Position numbers and translations under genes: made by a program
Part shown: one piece after another, positions 1-8,877 of the stretch
Position numbering within the stretch: position 1 is the first letter of the stretch
How the letters are laid out: each line of letters opens with the position of its first letter
Assembly: GCA_964549075.1 (NCBI GenBank)
Contig: CAZJUB010000012.1
Location: 1-45,686, forward strand
Length of the DNA stretch: 45,686 nucleotides
Direction: 5' to 3'
From: an uncultured archaeon
GTDB lineage: Archaea; Asgardarchaeota; Heimdallarchaeia; Heimdallarchaeales; Heimdallarchaeaceae
The notes under the pieces: generated by a model
Told to the model about the DNA's origin: nothing
Seen by the model: the letters and a program-made list of their open reading frames with translations, nothing else
Databases searched by the model: none

Positions 1-437
1 AAATAATGATATTTTAAAAGGAAATTTAGAGAAAATATACATAGTTTTTTATAGATTTTTAATGAATTTCCAACATAAAACAAATTAGAGTTTTCTTTTG
101 AAATTTTCTCGAAATATTCTCTTACTACTATTGTATCACTATTTCCATGTGTAAAGAAAATTGGTTTATTTAGCTTTGTAAGTATTTTGAAAATTTTTTT
201 TGCTGTTTTTATTTGAAAAGATGTGAACTTATCCAGGTATTTCGAGTAGACTAATTCAGTATATCTTTCTCTAGAAATTCTTTTTGTTTCAAAAATTGAT
301 TTAATGATTAAGGAGTATGAAATTGTTCCTGTGATGTCTCCAGTAATGAAAATTGTTTGACATTGTTTCAGTTTATTTTTAATTCTTTTTAGATTAAGAA
401 TACAACCATGTAAGTCTCCCAATATTGCATATTTCAC
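1..437 (-). CDS. Metallophosphoesterase (calcineurin-like), partial, runs off the left edge
   Basis: Not in the ORF track. A GTG at 437-435 overlaps the hutH TAG. Hand translation gives (M)KYAILGDLHGC...IFITGDITG...FFTHGNSD, matching the DxH, GD and GN motifs. Confidence 0.8.
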   Translation of the reverse strand, partial: MKYAILGDLHGCILNLKRIKNKLKQCQTIFITGDITGTISYSLIIKSIFETKRISRERYTELVYSKYLDKFTSFQIKTAKKIFKILTKLNKPIFFTHGNSDTIVVREYFEKISKENSNLFYVGNSLKIYKKLCIFSLNFLLKYHY

Positions 438-1975
438 TAAATATCACCAAACAATGGACCTGCTTCTGTTTCAATTAATTGAACAAGTTTTCTACTTGTA
501 ATTTGATCTCCAATCCAGTTAACTTCAATATCGAAAAATCTGTCTTCTTTCAGTGGTGGTATCTTTTGTCTAATAAAGGAATAAATCTTATTCAATCCTT
601 CAGATATAGTTCTATCTTTGTTAAATTTCAAAGCTTGGCATGCAGTATAAATCTCTACTGCTATCATTTTCGATACATTGTTTACAATTTTGTAAGCTTT
701 TTTACTTGCAGTTAATCCCATAGAAACATGATCTTCTTGATTTGCTGATACAGATGTATTATCTATAGATGCTGGTGACGCAAGAACTTTGTTTTCAGCA
801 GATATGGCTGTGTCAGCATACTGAAGGATCATCAATCCAGAGTTCAATCCAGGGTGTTCAGACAAAAATGGTGGGAGATCAGATATAGAAGCGTCAAGTA
901 GTAAATTAACTCTTCTTTCTGAAATATTACCAAGTTCAGTCATTGCTATTGCTAAATAATCCATAGTAAGACCAATGGGTTCTCCATGAAAGTTTCCACC
1001 AGAAGCAACAATAGAACAATCTAAATCAATTAGTGGATTGTCAGTTGTAGAATTAATTTCTATTTCTACTAAGTTCTTGCAGTGGATTATCGCATCTAAA
1101 ACAGCACCGTGAACTTGAGGAGAACACCTGATAGAATAGGGATCTTGAATTCTTTTTGGAGGATTTTTCATTAAATCACTTCCTTCGAGAATTTTCATGA
1201 GAGCTTTAGCAAATTCCTTCTGTCCTTGATGGGGTCTTAAATTCATTATAAAAGCTGAAAATGCTTCAATATTCCCATTAAAAGCTTCAAGCATTAAACC
1301 TACTGAGATTACTGAATTTCTCAAAACATTTAGAGCATCATACACGGTGTGAGCAGCGTAAGATGTGAGAACATGAGTTCCGTTGATTAATGATAATCCT
1401 TCTTTGGCACTTAATTCTAAAGGTGTTAGTTCTAATTGTTTAAGAATTTCAGAACCTTTGAGTATTGTATTCTTATATTTAGCTTCACCTTCACCAATGA
1501 GCATTCTAGCAATGTAAGCAAGAGGGGATAAATCACCAGACGCACCCAAAGAGCCAATACTTGGAACAAGAGGTATTACTCTATTATTAATAAGCTTCTC
1601 TAGCATTTCTACAACTTTTAAACGTATTCCACTTCCCCCTCTACAAAATGAGTTAATTTCAATTACCATGGCTCCTAATACAACCTCATCTGGAATGTGT
1701 GAACCAAAACCTATACTGTGCGACTTGATTAGATTTTTCTGAAGAACTCCTCTTTCAGCTGGAGATATAACTGTATCAGAAAGTTTACCGAATCCTGTTG
1801 ATACTCCATAAATTACTTCATTATTTGCAAGTTTCTCTTCAATAATTTTTCTAGATTTTTTAATTCTCTCTTTCCCTTCTTTACTGATTCTAATTTCTCT
1901 TCCAGAACGAGTAATATCTATTAAATCTTGGATATTCAAAGAATTACCATCTAAAACTATTGCTTTCTGGCTCAT
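437..1975 (-). CDS. hutH: Histidine ammonia-lyase (canonical type)
   Basis: YGVSTGFG loop, LIKSH, MIO-forming GASGDL, KEGLSLING, QDPYSIRC, GGNFHG, SANQEDHVSM. Confidence 0.93.
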   Translation of the reverse strand: MSQKAIVLDGNSLNIQDLIDITRSGREIRISKEGKERIKKSRKIIEEKLANNEVIYGVSTGFGKLSDTVISPAERGVLQKNLIKSHSIGFGSHIPDEVVLGAMVIEINSFCRGGSGIRLKVVEMLEKLINNRVIPLVPSIGSLGASGDLSPLAYIARMLIGEGEAKYKNTILKGSEILKQLELTPLELSAKEGLSLINGTHVLTSYAAHTVYDALNVLRNSVISVGLMLEAFNGNIEAFSAFIMNLRPHQGQKEFAKALMKILEGSDLMKNPPKRIQDPYSIRCSPQVHGAVLDAIIHCKNLVEIEINSTTDNPLIDLDCSIVASGGNFHGEPIGLTMDYLAIAMTELGNISERRVNLLLDASISDLPPFLSEHPGLNSGLMILQYADTAISAENKVLASPASIDNTSVSANQEDHVSMGLTASKKAYKIVNNVSKMIAVEIYTACQALKFNKDRTISEGLNKIYSFIRQKIPPLKEDRFFDIEVNWIGDQITSRKLVQLIETEAGPLFGDI

Positions 1976-2029
1976 GACTCTCTGATTCTTTTTGATTCTT
2001 ACTTATTTATCCATTATGATTTTTGTTAA

Positions 2030-2185
2030 TTGATAGATAAAGGTCAGTACAACATCGCACCTTGTAAGACCTGCGTTCAACAGGTTACTACTCATGAGAA
2101 TGCTGCTTTAAATATTGCTTCCCTCCAAGATAGTCCTCTTCCTTCTAATCCTTTCCCCTCAACGCACGTGAGGGGACAACCTTAA
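2030..2185 (+). pseudogene. tnpB: TnpB/Cas12f-like C-terminal remnant (IS200/IS605 family)
   Basis: Hand translation ...IAPCKTCVQQVTTHENAALNIASLQDSPLPSNPFPSTHVRGQP* shows CxxC followed by NAAxNIA, the TnpB Zn-finger/RuvC-III tail. There is an in-frame stop at 2027-2029 and no upstream coding sequence. Confidence 0.65.
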
Positions 2186-2235
2186 ACGACAGCTAAATTC
2201 CTTCTTGCAAGTTTAGCTAAGTTTCATAACGTGCA
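2154..2235 (+). ncRNA. Putative omegaRNA (reRNA) scaffold / IS605 right end
   Basis: Hairpin TCCCCTCA(2154-2161)/TGAGGGGA(2169-2176). Hairpin AGCTAAA(2191-2197)/TTTAGCT(2212-2218). Loop GCACG(2164-2168) is complementary to CGTGC(2230-2234), a possible pseudoknot. The structure overlaps the 3' end of the tnpB remnant. Confidence 0.5.
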
Positions 2236-2295
2236 TGGACAAATATTTTAAACATAATAATGAAAGGATTATAAAAATAGATGTGAGATTAAAAA

Positions 2296-3819
2296 ATGAC
2301 ATATGTTATTACAGGTAAAGGATTAACAATTGAGGATGTAGTAAGAGTTGCCCGTTATAACGAAAAGGTAGAAATCCATCCTGATGCTATGGAAAAAATG
2401 AGAAAATGCAGAGAAATGCTCGAAGAGAAGATTGAAGCAAAGGAAACTATGTACGGAATTACCACAGGTATCGGTGAATTTTCTGAAGTCGTTTTAACAG
2501 ATGAGGAAGTTTTACAATTCCAGAAGTATCTAATTTATAATCATGCAGCTGGGATAGGAGAAGCTGCACCTTTAGAACATGTTAGAGCTGCAATGCTTGG
2601 ACGTGTAAATGTACTAGCTAACGGATATTCAGGAAATAGACCTATAATTGCTGAAACTTATGTTGAAATGCTAAATAAAGGTGTAACCCCTGAAGTTTGT
2701 CGTAAAGGTTCAGTAGGTGCTTCTGGTGATTTAGCTCCTATGTCTCAACTCGCTCTTTTGTTAATGGGTGAAGGTCGAGCGTTTTACAAAGGTGAGCTTT
2801 TACCTGGTAAAGAAGCAATGGAGAAAGCTGGTATTAAAATTCCAGGATTAAAAGCAAGAGATGGTTTAGCTGCAATCAATGGGTCTAATCTTCTTACAGC
2901 AATGAGTGCTATTTTCTTATATGATGCTGAGCGTTTCATGAAACATGCAGAAATTGCATGTGCGATGACAATTGAAGCTTTAATGGGAAATATGAAACCT
3001 TATACTCCTAAACTCCATGAAATCAGAGGTTTTCCTGGAGCTGTAAGATGTGCTAAAGCTCTCTCCAAACTTTTCAAAGGAGGAGATCTTTATGAAGGCA
3101 AGCTAAAAGTAAAGGTTCAAGATGCCTATTCAATGCGTTCTGCTCCACAAGTATTAGGTGCTGCACATGACACCTTGGCTTGGGCTCGTTCTCAAGTTGA
3201 GATAGAATTAAATGGTGTTGGAGATAATCCTGTCTTCTTTACAGATGAAAAGCTGACATTAACTGGCGCTAATTTTCAAGGAACTCCTGTTTCTTTGCCT
3301 ATGGACATAGCTGGTGCCGCTATCACTATGGTCTGTGTTATGTCTGAAAGAAGAATGAATAGACTGAATCATCCAGCATTAAGTGTTGGATTACCCCCAT
3401 TCTTATCTAAACATGCTGGATTAATGTCTGGATTAATGCTAAGTCAGTATACTGCTGATATGCAAATAGTAGAAATGAGAATTCTATCAATGCCTGCAAG
3501 TATTCAATCTATACCCGCAGCTGCTGATCAAGAAGACTTTGTTTCTATGGGGATGAATACAGCACTTAAGAATTTCCAAATTCTTGACAATGCCTATGGT
3601 GTTTTGGGTATCGAATTTATGGCAGCTGCTCAAGCTTTAGATTACAGGGAATTCAAATTTGGTGATGGTGTAACTAAAGCAAAAGAAGTAATTCGAAGAC
3701 ATGTTGAATTCTTAGATATAGATAGGCCCTTATTTGATGATCATAATGCCATGAAAGCTTTAGTCAAGTCTTGTGAGATTCTAGAAGAAGTCGAAAAAGA
3801 AATTGGAAGTTTAAATTAA
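2296..3819 (+). CDS. hutH: Histidine ammonia-lyase family (MIO) aromatic amino acid lyase, second paralog
   Basis: YGITTGIG, LIYNHAAG, GASGDL, QDAYSMRS, GANFQG, AADQEDFVSMG. Lies directly upstream of hutI. Confidence 0.85.
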   Translation: MTYVITGKGLTIEDVVRVARYNEKVEIHPDAMEKMRKCREMLEEKIEAKETMYGITTGIGEFSEVVLTDEEVLQFQKYLIYNHAAGIGEAAPLEHVRAAMLGRVNVLANGYSGNRPIIAETYVEMLNKGVTPEVCRKGSVGASGDLAPMSQLALLLMGEGRAFYKGELLPGKEAMEKAGIKIPGLKARDGLAAINGSNLLTAMSAIFLYDAERFMKHAEIACAMTIEALMGNMKPYTPKLHEIRGFPGAVRCAKALSKLFKGGDLYEGKLKVKVQDAYSMRSAPQVLGAAHDTLAWARSQVEIELNGVGDNPVFFTDEKLTLTGANFQGTPVSLPMDIAGAAITMVCVMSERRMNRLNHPALSVGLPPFLSKHAGLMSGLMLSQYTADMQIVEMRILSMPASIQSIPAAADQEDFVSMGMNTALKNFQILDNAYGVLGIEFMAAAQALDYREFKFGDGVTKAKEVIRRHVEFLDIDRPLFDDHNAMKALVKSCEILEEVEKEIGSLN

Positions 3820-3835
3820 TCTTTTGATGTTTAAC

Positions 3836-3862
3836 AAGAAGGAATGTTCAAACCTCCTTCTT
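3836..3862 (+). terminator. Stem-loop after second hutH
   Basis: AAGAAGGA(3836-3843)/TCCTTCTT(3855-3862) 8-bp stem followed by a T-rich tract. Confidence 0.4.
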
Positions 3863-3912
3863 CTTACTATTTTTACAAACATAAGTTTAAAAATATCAAT
3901 TTAGCCTAAAAT

Positions 3913-5184
3913 ATGAGAATAATGCAAGATAATACAGAAAAAGAAGGTATCGTTATATCGAATGCTTCAGAGTTATTTCTAGGTCCTGTATCAAAATATG
4001 AACCTGTTTATTCAAATGAAAAAACTGATGCTGTTGTTATCAAAAGTGGAATAATTGAAGCAATAGGTGAAACTTCAACCATTTTAGCAAATTATTCAAA
4101 GTATGATTATACAGTTATTGATTGTAAAGGAAAACAAGCAGTGTGTCCTGGTTTTGTGGATTCACACACTCATCTTGTATTTGCTGGTGATAGAGCTCAT
4201 GAATTAAGAATGAAACTACAAGGTAAGTCGTATTTAGAAATTGCTGAAAGTGGGGGGGGTATTTTGTTTTCTGTTACTAAAACACGCGAAGCTTCTGCAT
4301 TAGAGCTTGAAAAACTTGCTTTGCAACGTTTAGATGAAATGCTCTTACATGGAACCACAACTATTGAAGCAAAATCTGGTTACGGATTAGATGCAGAAAG
4401 CGAAATAAAGATTTTAGAAGTAATTCAAAATATAAATGAAAAACATCCTATTGATATTATACCAACATTTCTTGGATGCCACATTACTCCTAAGGATTTT
4501 CTTGGAAATCAATTAGAGTATATTGATAGTATGATACAATTACTACCACAAATAAAATCTAGAAATTTAGCTGAATTTGTTGATATATGGACAGATAGAG
4601 GTGCTTTTTCTGTAGAAGAATCAACAATGTATTTAGAACAAGCAAAGGGGATGGGATTCAAGCTAAGGGTACATGCTGATGAACTAGAAAACGCTGGAGC
4701 AACAATTATGGCTGCAAATGTTGGTGCTGTTTCAGCAGATCATTTATTACTGTCTGAAGCTGTTTCTGCCAGCGCCATGGCAGAAGCTAATGTCGTAGCG
4801 AATCTTTTACCAGCAACACCTTTTGTATTAATGTCTAAAAAATATGCTAATTATCAGATGTTTAAAGATGCTGGAGTAACTGTAGCTTTGTCATCTGATT
4901 TCAATCCTAATTGCTATGTCTTAGATATGCAAACAGTTATTGCTTTGGGGTGTTTTATGATGAAGATGCTTCCTGAAGAAGCGATGATAGCTTCTACTTA
5001 TGGTGGAGCTGTGTCTCTTAATAGAGAACATGAAATTGGATCAATTGATTTAGGTAAAAAAGCAGATATTCAAATTCTAAATGTACCAACAATTGATTCC
5101 ATTCCTTATAGATTTGGTGTAAATCATGTCAACACTTTAATCAAGGATGGTAAAATTATGATAAAAAATGGTCAAAAAATCTGA
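3913..5184 (+). CDS. hutI: Imidazolonepropionase
   Basis: PGFVDSHTHLVFAG, GGGI, GTTTIEAKSGYGL, HADEL, SADHL, SSDFNP, GKKAD. Confidence 0.95.
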   Translation: MRIMQDNTEKEGIVISNASELFLGPVSKYEPVYSNEKTDAVVIKSGIIEAIGETSTILANYSKYDYTVIDCKGKQAVCPGFVDSHTHLVFAGDRAHELRMKLQGKSYLEIAESGGGILFSVTKTREASALELEKLALQRLDEMLLHGTTTIEAKSGYGLDAESEIKILEVIQNINEKHPIDIIPTFLGCHITPKDFLGNQLEYIDSMIQLLPQIKSRNLAEFVDIWTDRGAFSVEESTMYLEQAKGMGFKLRVHADELENAGATIMAANVGAVSADHLLLSEAVSASAMAEANVVANLLPATPFVLMSKKYANYQMFKDAGVTVALSSDFNPNCYVLDMQTVIALGCFMMKMLPEEAMIASTYGGAVSLNREHEIGSIDLGKKADIQILNVPTIDSIPYRFGVNHVNTLIKDGKIMIKNGQKI

Positions 5185-5192
5185 CTGATTTT

Positions 5193-6536
5193 TCACATAA
5201 AAGGGGAGATAAACAGAGATACACTTAACAAAATAGAAAATGTTAAGCAAGTTAAAATTGTCAATCCAGAAGCTGGGATCATAGCAAGGTAATTATCATA
5301 ATTTTTTATTGCGTTAAGCATAGCTTTTATTGGTAAAGGCAAAGATAAGAGAACAATCAGACTCAAAATTGGTAGTATCTGTAAAATTACAAAAAGAATA
5401 AGTAACACATAGGTTAAAACCAAGAAGAAAATATAAACAAAAGTACTTCGTTTTTTACCTAAAATTACTACCCAATTCTTTTTCTTTTTTGCTTTATCTG
5501 ATTCATAGTCTGGAAATTGATTGATAAATAAAATTAGGAAAATTAATAATCCAATTAATGTTGAAACAAATAAAGGTCTCCAACTGAAAACCTCATTTTG
5601 AACATAATAAGAACCAAATACAATTGCTGGTCCAAAGCTCAGAAAAATAGCTAGTTCGCCTAAACCATAGTATACTAATTTAAAAGGAATTCCTACGTAA
5701 AAAATACCAAGAAAGACACCTGCAATTCCGATATATAGTATTATATTTCCTTTTACTGTAAAATTGAGATAAAATCCAATAACTACACAGAAAACTAGGC
5801 TGATTATTGCAGCAATCAAAACTCTACTAGGTGCAAGCAATTTATTTTGTATCATTCTAGAACCTCCTGAGAAAGGAGTCTGTTGAGGATTTACTTCATC
5901 TAACCCAGATTTGTGATCGAAGAAATCGTTACTTAAATCTGCGCTAATATGAAAAAATGTTATACCTAAGAATGCTAAGATAAAATTAACCCACGAATTC
6001 ATGAATCCTGTCTCATAGAACGCAACTGCAGTTCCCACAATGACGCCCATAACACTTACAGAAACAAAAGGTAATCTTACAGCTCTTACCCAAAATTTTA
6101 ATGTAGATGGCAATTTGGTTAAGAATCTCTCTATTGCAGATTTCTTGTTTTCCACAAAAATGTGTCTGAATTTCCAAGCATCAACCTTTAATTCAACAAT
6201 CTTGATTTCAACTAATACTAAACCATATATGCCATAAGGATTTATTGAATCTTTTTCTGCTAGTTCTTCAAACGCTTTTTCTTTCAAAGAATGATTTTTG
6301 AGAATTTTTGCTTGACCTTGTATAGCTATACACAAATCCTGTGATATTATTTCGATAAAAACACTAGGATTGTATTTGATGTGCTCAATATAAACACTAT
6401 TTGAGAGACCTGCAATATAGAGATTATTGTTCTCAAAAATATATGATAATTGAACTATATTCTTATTTCTATAACTACTTGTAGAAAGCTGTAGAGTATT
6501 CTGATTTTTAAGAATATTTTGAGCTTGACCAAGCAT
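5193..6536 (-). CDS. menA: MenA/UBIAD1-like prenyltransferase (UbiA family) fused to an N-terminal pyridoxamine-5'-phosphate-oxidase-like split-barrel domain
   Basis: C-terminal multi-TM region with NDFFDHKSGLD, FSGGSR, GLGE, NQFPDYESD. N-terminal ~140 aa with LYI...IKYNPSV...IQGQAKIL. The likely start is the ATG at 6536. Confidence 0.8.
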   Translation of the reverse strand: MLGQAQNILKNQNTLQLSTSSYRNKNIVQLSYIFENNNLYIAGLSNSVYIEHIKYNPSVFIEIISQDLCIAIQGQAKILKNHSLKEKAFEELAEKDSINPYGIYGLVLVEIKIVELKVDAWKFRHIFVENKKSAIERFLTKLPSTLKFWVRAVRLPFVSVSVMGVIVGTAVAFYETGFMNSWVNFILAFLGITFFHISADLSNDFFDHKSGLDEVNPQQTPFSGGSRMIQNKLLAPSRVLIAAIISLVFCVVIGFYLNFTVKGNIILYIGIAGVFLGIFYVGIPFKLVYYGLGELAIFLSFGPAIVFGSYYVQNEVFSWRPLFVSTLIGLLIFLILFINQFPDYESDKAKKKKNWVVILGKKRSTFVYIFFLVLTYVLLILFVILQILPILSLIVLLSLPLPIKAMLNAIKNYDNYLAMIPASGLTILTCLTFSILLSVSLFISPFM

Positions 6537-6614
6537 TATAGTAAAAGCAAGAATTTTGTATTTAAAAGTTGTTAGAACTAACAAAAATAAAGAAAATAAA
6601 AGAAAAGAGAGAGC

Positions 6615-6623
6615 CTACATCAT
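6615..6623. repeat. 9-bp direct repeat CTACATCAT, copy 1 (att/TSD-like)
   Basis: Identical to 7137-7145, which on the minus strand reads ATGATGTAG, the final Met-Met-stop of the thermosome gene. Confidence 0.5.
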
Positions 6624-6644
6624 TCATTCACTTTTACAACAGAA

Positions 6645-7034
6645 TTAATCCTTTTTCTCTAGTTTATTAAGGAATTCAGGCAGAGAAGAGTGGATCTTAC
6701 CTACATCAAACAAACTCTTCTCAGGTGTTTGATAATGTACTCTTATGATTTCTATTACATCTTTACCATATTTATTAATTGCATTTTCGATATAACGCAA
6801 TCGTTTTCTTTCGATAGGATGGTTTTTGTTCCAACGTTGAAATCGATGAGAACGCTCAATTTGTGAATTCCAACGTTTTTCAATTGCAGTTTTTCCCTTG
6901 CCCTTTCTGCCTTCTTTAGCTTGGCCAATATAGATTTTCCCGTTTTTTGTATTAGTTACTTTGTATATGTAACCAAAAGGAACCTTATCTTTTGTTGTTT
7001 CATCCCTGTGTTCCTTCTCTCTATTCTCGACCAT
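6645..7034 (-). CDS. GIY-YIG nuclease domain protein (homing-endonuclease-like, probably truncated)
   Basis: GYIYKVTNTKNGKIYIGQ...IEKRW...NAINKYG. Confidence 0.8.
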   Translation of the reverse strand: MVENREKEHRDETTKDKVPFGYIYKVTNTKNGKIYIGQAKEGRKGKGKTAIEKRWNSQIERSHRFQRWNKNHPIERKRLRYIENAINKYGKDVIEIIRVHYQTPEKSLFDVGKIHSSLPEFLNKLEKKD

Positions 7035-7136
7035 TTTAGACTAATAAATTATTCAAGAATTGATATTTAAACCTAAAAAATAAAATGAAAAATGGAGGAA
7101 AAAGTAAAAGAAAATTATGAGTAACCATATCTTTTG

Positions 7137-7145
7137 CTACATCAT
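7137..7145. repeat. 9-bp direct repeat CTACATCAT, copy 2 (thermosome 3' end)
   Basis: Identical to 6615-6623. Confidence 0.5.
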
Positions 7146-8801
7146 ACCGCCCATACCTGGAGGCATTCCCATTCCACCTGGCATACCACCAGCACCTGGT
7201 GGCATAGCTGGTCTGTCGGATTTTGCTACGATAACATCGTCGATACGCATAATCATTATTGCAGACTCACTTGCAGATTTGATAGCTTGGGATATGACTC
7301 TATGTGGTTCAATAATACCTGCCTTGAACATATCTTCAATTTTACCATTTTTAAATAGATTCAAACCTTGAGAGATATTGCCTTCTGCATGAGCGGAACG
7401 GAGTTCATTAAGGATATCTAAAGGATCAATACCTGCATTTTCTGCTAGTGTTGTTGGAATAGAAAGCATCGAGTCTGCAAAAGCTTTTACTGCTAATTGT
7501 CTCTTGTCCTTAAATTCATCAGCATACTCATCAAGTCTGAGAGATAATTCAGTATAAGTTGCTCCTCCACCTGGTAAGTAAGTTTTATCTTCCACAACGT
7601 TTCTGACCACACAAAGCGCATCATGAATTGCTCTTTCTGCTTCATCTGTTACGTATTTGGTAGCTCCATAGAGAACTATTGAAACAGCTTTAGGATTTTT
7701 ACATTCACGAATGAAAACATGATCATCTTCCCCAATCTTGACTTGTTCAACTAAACCTGCATAACCAAGATCTTCTGCTTTTGCATCTTTTAAGTTAGTA
7801 ACAATTTTACCACCAGTTGCACGAGCAAGTTTTTCTATATCGCTTTTCTTTACTCTTCGAACTGCGAGAATGTTATTTTTAGCCATGAAGTACTGAGCCA
7901 TATCATCAATACCTTTTTGTGCAATAACGACAGTGGCTCCGGTTGCTACAATTTGATCAACCATCTCTCTTATAATTTGTTCTTCATTATCCAAGAAAGA
8001 TTTCATCTCTAAGGGATCATTTATGCGAATCTCTCTGTCCCATTCGCCTTTTTGAACTTCAACGTTGTAATTCAACAACAGAATTTTTGCCTCTTTAACT
8101 CTCTTTGGCATAGCTGTATGAACTATTTCTTTATCAACAATAACTCCTTCCACAAGTTCGGAATGAGCAAGATCTTTACCAATTTTTTGTAAAATCTTTA
8201 TATTATCGAGATCGACTTTGAAGTCACCATTTTCTTCATCAGCAACTTTCTTAACGCTGTCAACTGCTATCTTTTCAAAAAGCTCTTTAGCACCAAGAAC
8301 AGCTTTACTGTTTAAAGCTGTTCCAGCAATCTGGAGGAGTAGTTTCTCATCTGCAACAGGATCAAGCTGTTTAGCATATTTATCAAGAAGTTCTTGAGCT
8401 TTTTGAGAAGCAGCTTTGTAACCTTCAACAATTAATGAAGCGTGAATCTTCTTTTCTAAAAGTTCGCCTCCACGCTTAAGAAGTTCACCAGCAACAACGA
8501 CAGAACTGGTAGTTCCATCACCAGTTTCTTGGTCTTGAGCTTTTGCAATCTGGACCATCATTTTTGCAGCTGGGTGTTGAACATCAATTTCATCAAGCAA
8601 AGTAGCACCATCGTTAGAGATCAAAATGTCTCCAAGACTATCTACCATCATCTTATCCATACCTTTGGGGCCAAGAGTGCTTTTAATGGTATCAGCAACA
8701 ATAGTGGCTGCCATAATGTTATTTTTTTGAGCATCTCTGCCTTTGGATCGTTCAGTTCCCTCTTTGAGGATAATGACTGGTACTTGTCCTTGACCATACA
8801 T
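7137..8801 (-). CDS. ths: Thermosome (group II chaperonin) subunit
   Basis: TLGPKGMDKM, NDGAT, GDGTTS, AVRRV, PGGGA, LAENAG, and a GGM-rich C-terminal tail. Confidence 0.97.
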   Translation of the reverse strand: MYGQGQVPVIILKEGTERSKGRDAQKNNIMAATIVADTIKSTLGPKGMDKMMVDSLGDILISNDGATLLDEIDVQHPAAKMMVQIAKAQDQETGDGTTSSVVVAGELLKRGGELLEKKIHASLIVEGYKAASQKAQELLDKYAKQLDPVADEKLLLQIAGTALNSKAVLGAKELFEKIAVDSVKKVADEENGDFKVDLDNIKILQKIGKDLAHSELVEGVIVDKEIVHTAMPKRVKEAKILLLNYNVEVQKGEWDREIRINDPLEMKSFLDNEEQIIREMVDQIVATGATVVIAQKGIDDMAQYFMAKNNILAVRRVKKSDIEKLARATGGKIVTNLKDAKAEDLGYAGLVEQVKIGEDDHVFIRECKNPKAVSIVLYGATKYVTDEAERAIHDALCVVRNVVEDKTYLPGGGATYTELSLRLDEYADEFKDKRQLAVKAFADSMLSIPTTLAENAGIDPLDILNELRSAHAEGNISQGLNLFKNGKIEDMFKAGIIEPHRVISQAIKSASESAIMIMRIDDVIVAKSDRPAMPPGAGGMPGGMGMPPGMGGMM

Positions 8802-8877
8802 TTTTCTTACACCTTTTTAGTATTTTTTGTGTTTTTTATTAACACATTATACTCTTTCACTTTTTGTGTCTAATCAT

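Noticed and set aside
2030-2034. TTGAT (ISDra2-type TAM/target) at the left edge of the tnpB remnant
   Set aside because: A 5-mer is common in AT-rich DNA and no left-end hairpin follows it. It is more likely a deletion junction or chance.
7117-7371. Plus-strand Pro/Gly-rich and His/Trp-rich ORFs (7117-7371, 7134-7358)
   Set aside because: They are antisense shadows of the thermosome GGM tail.
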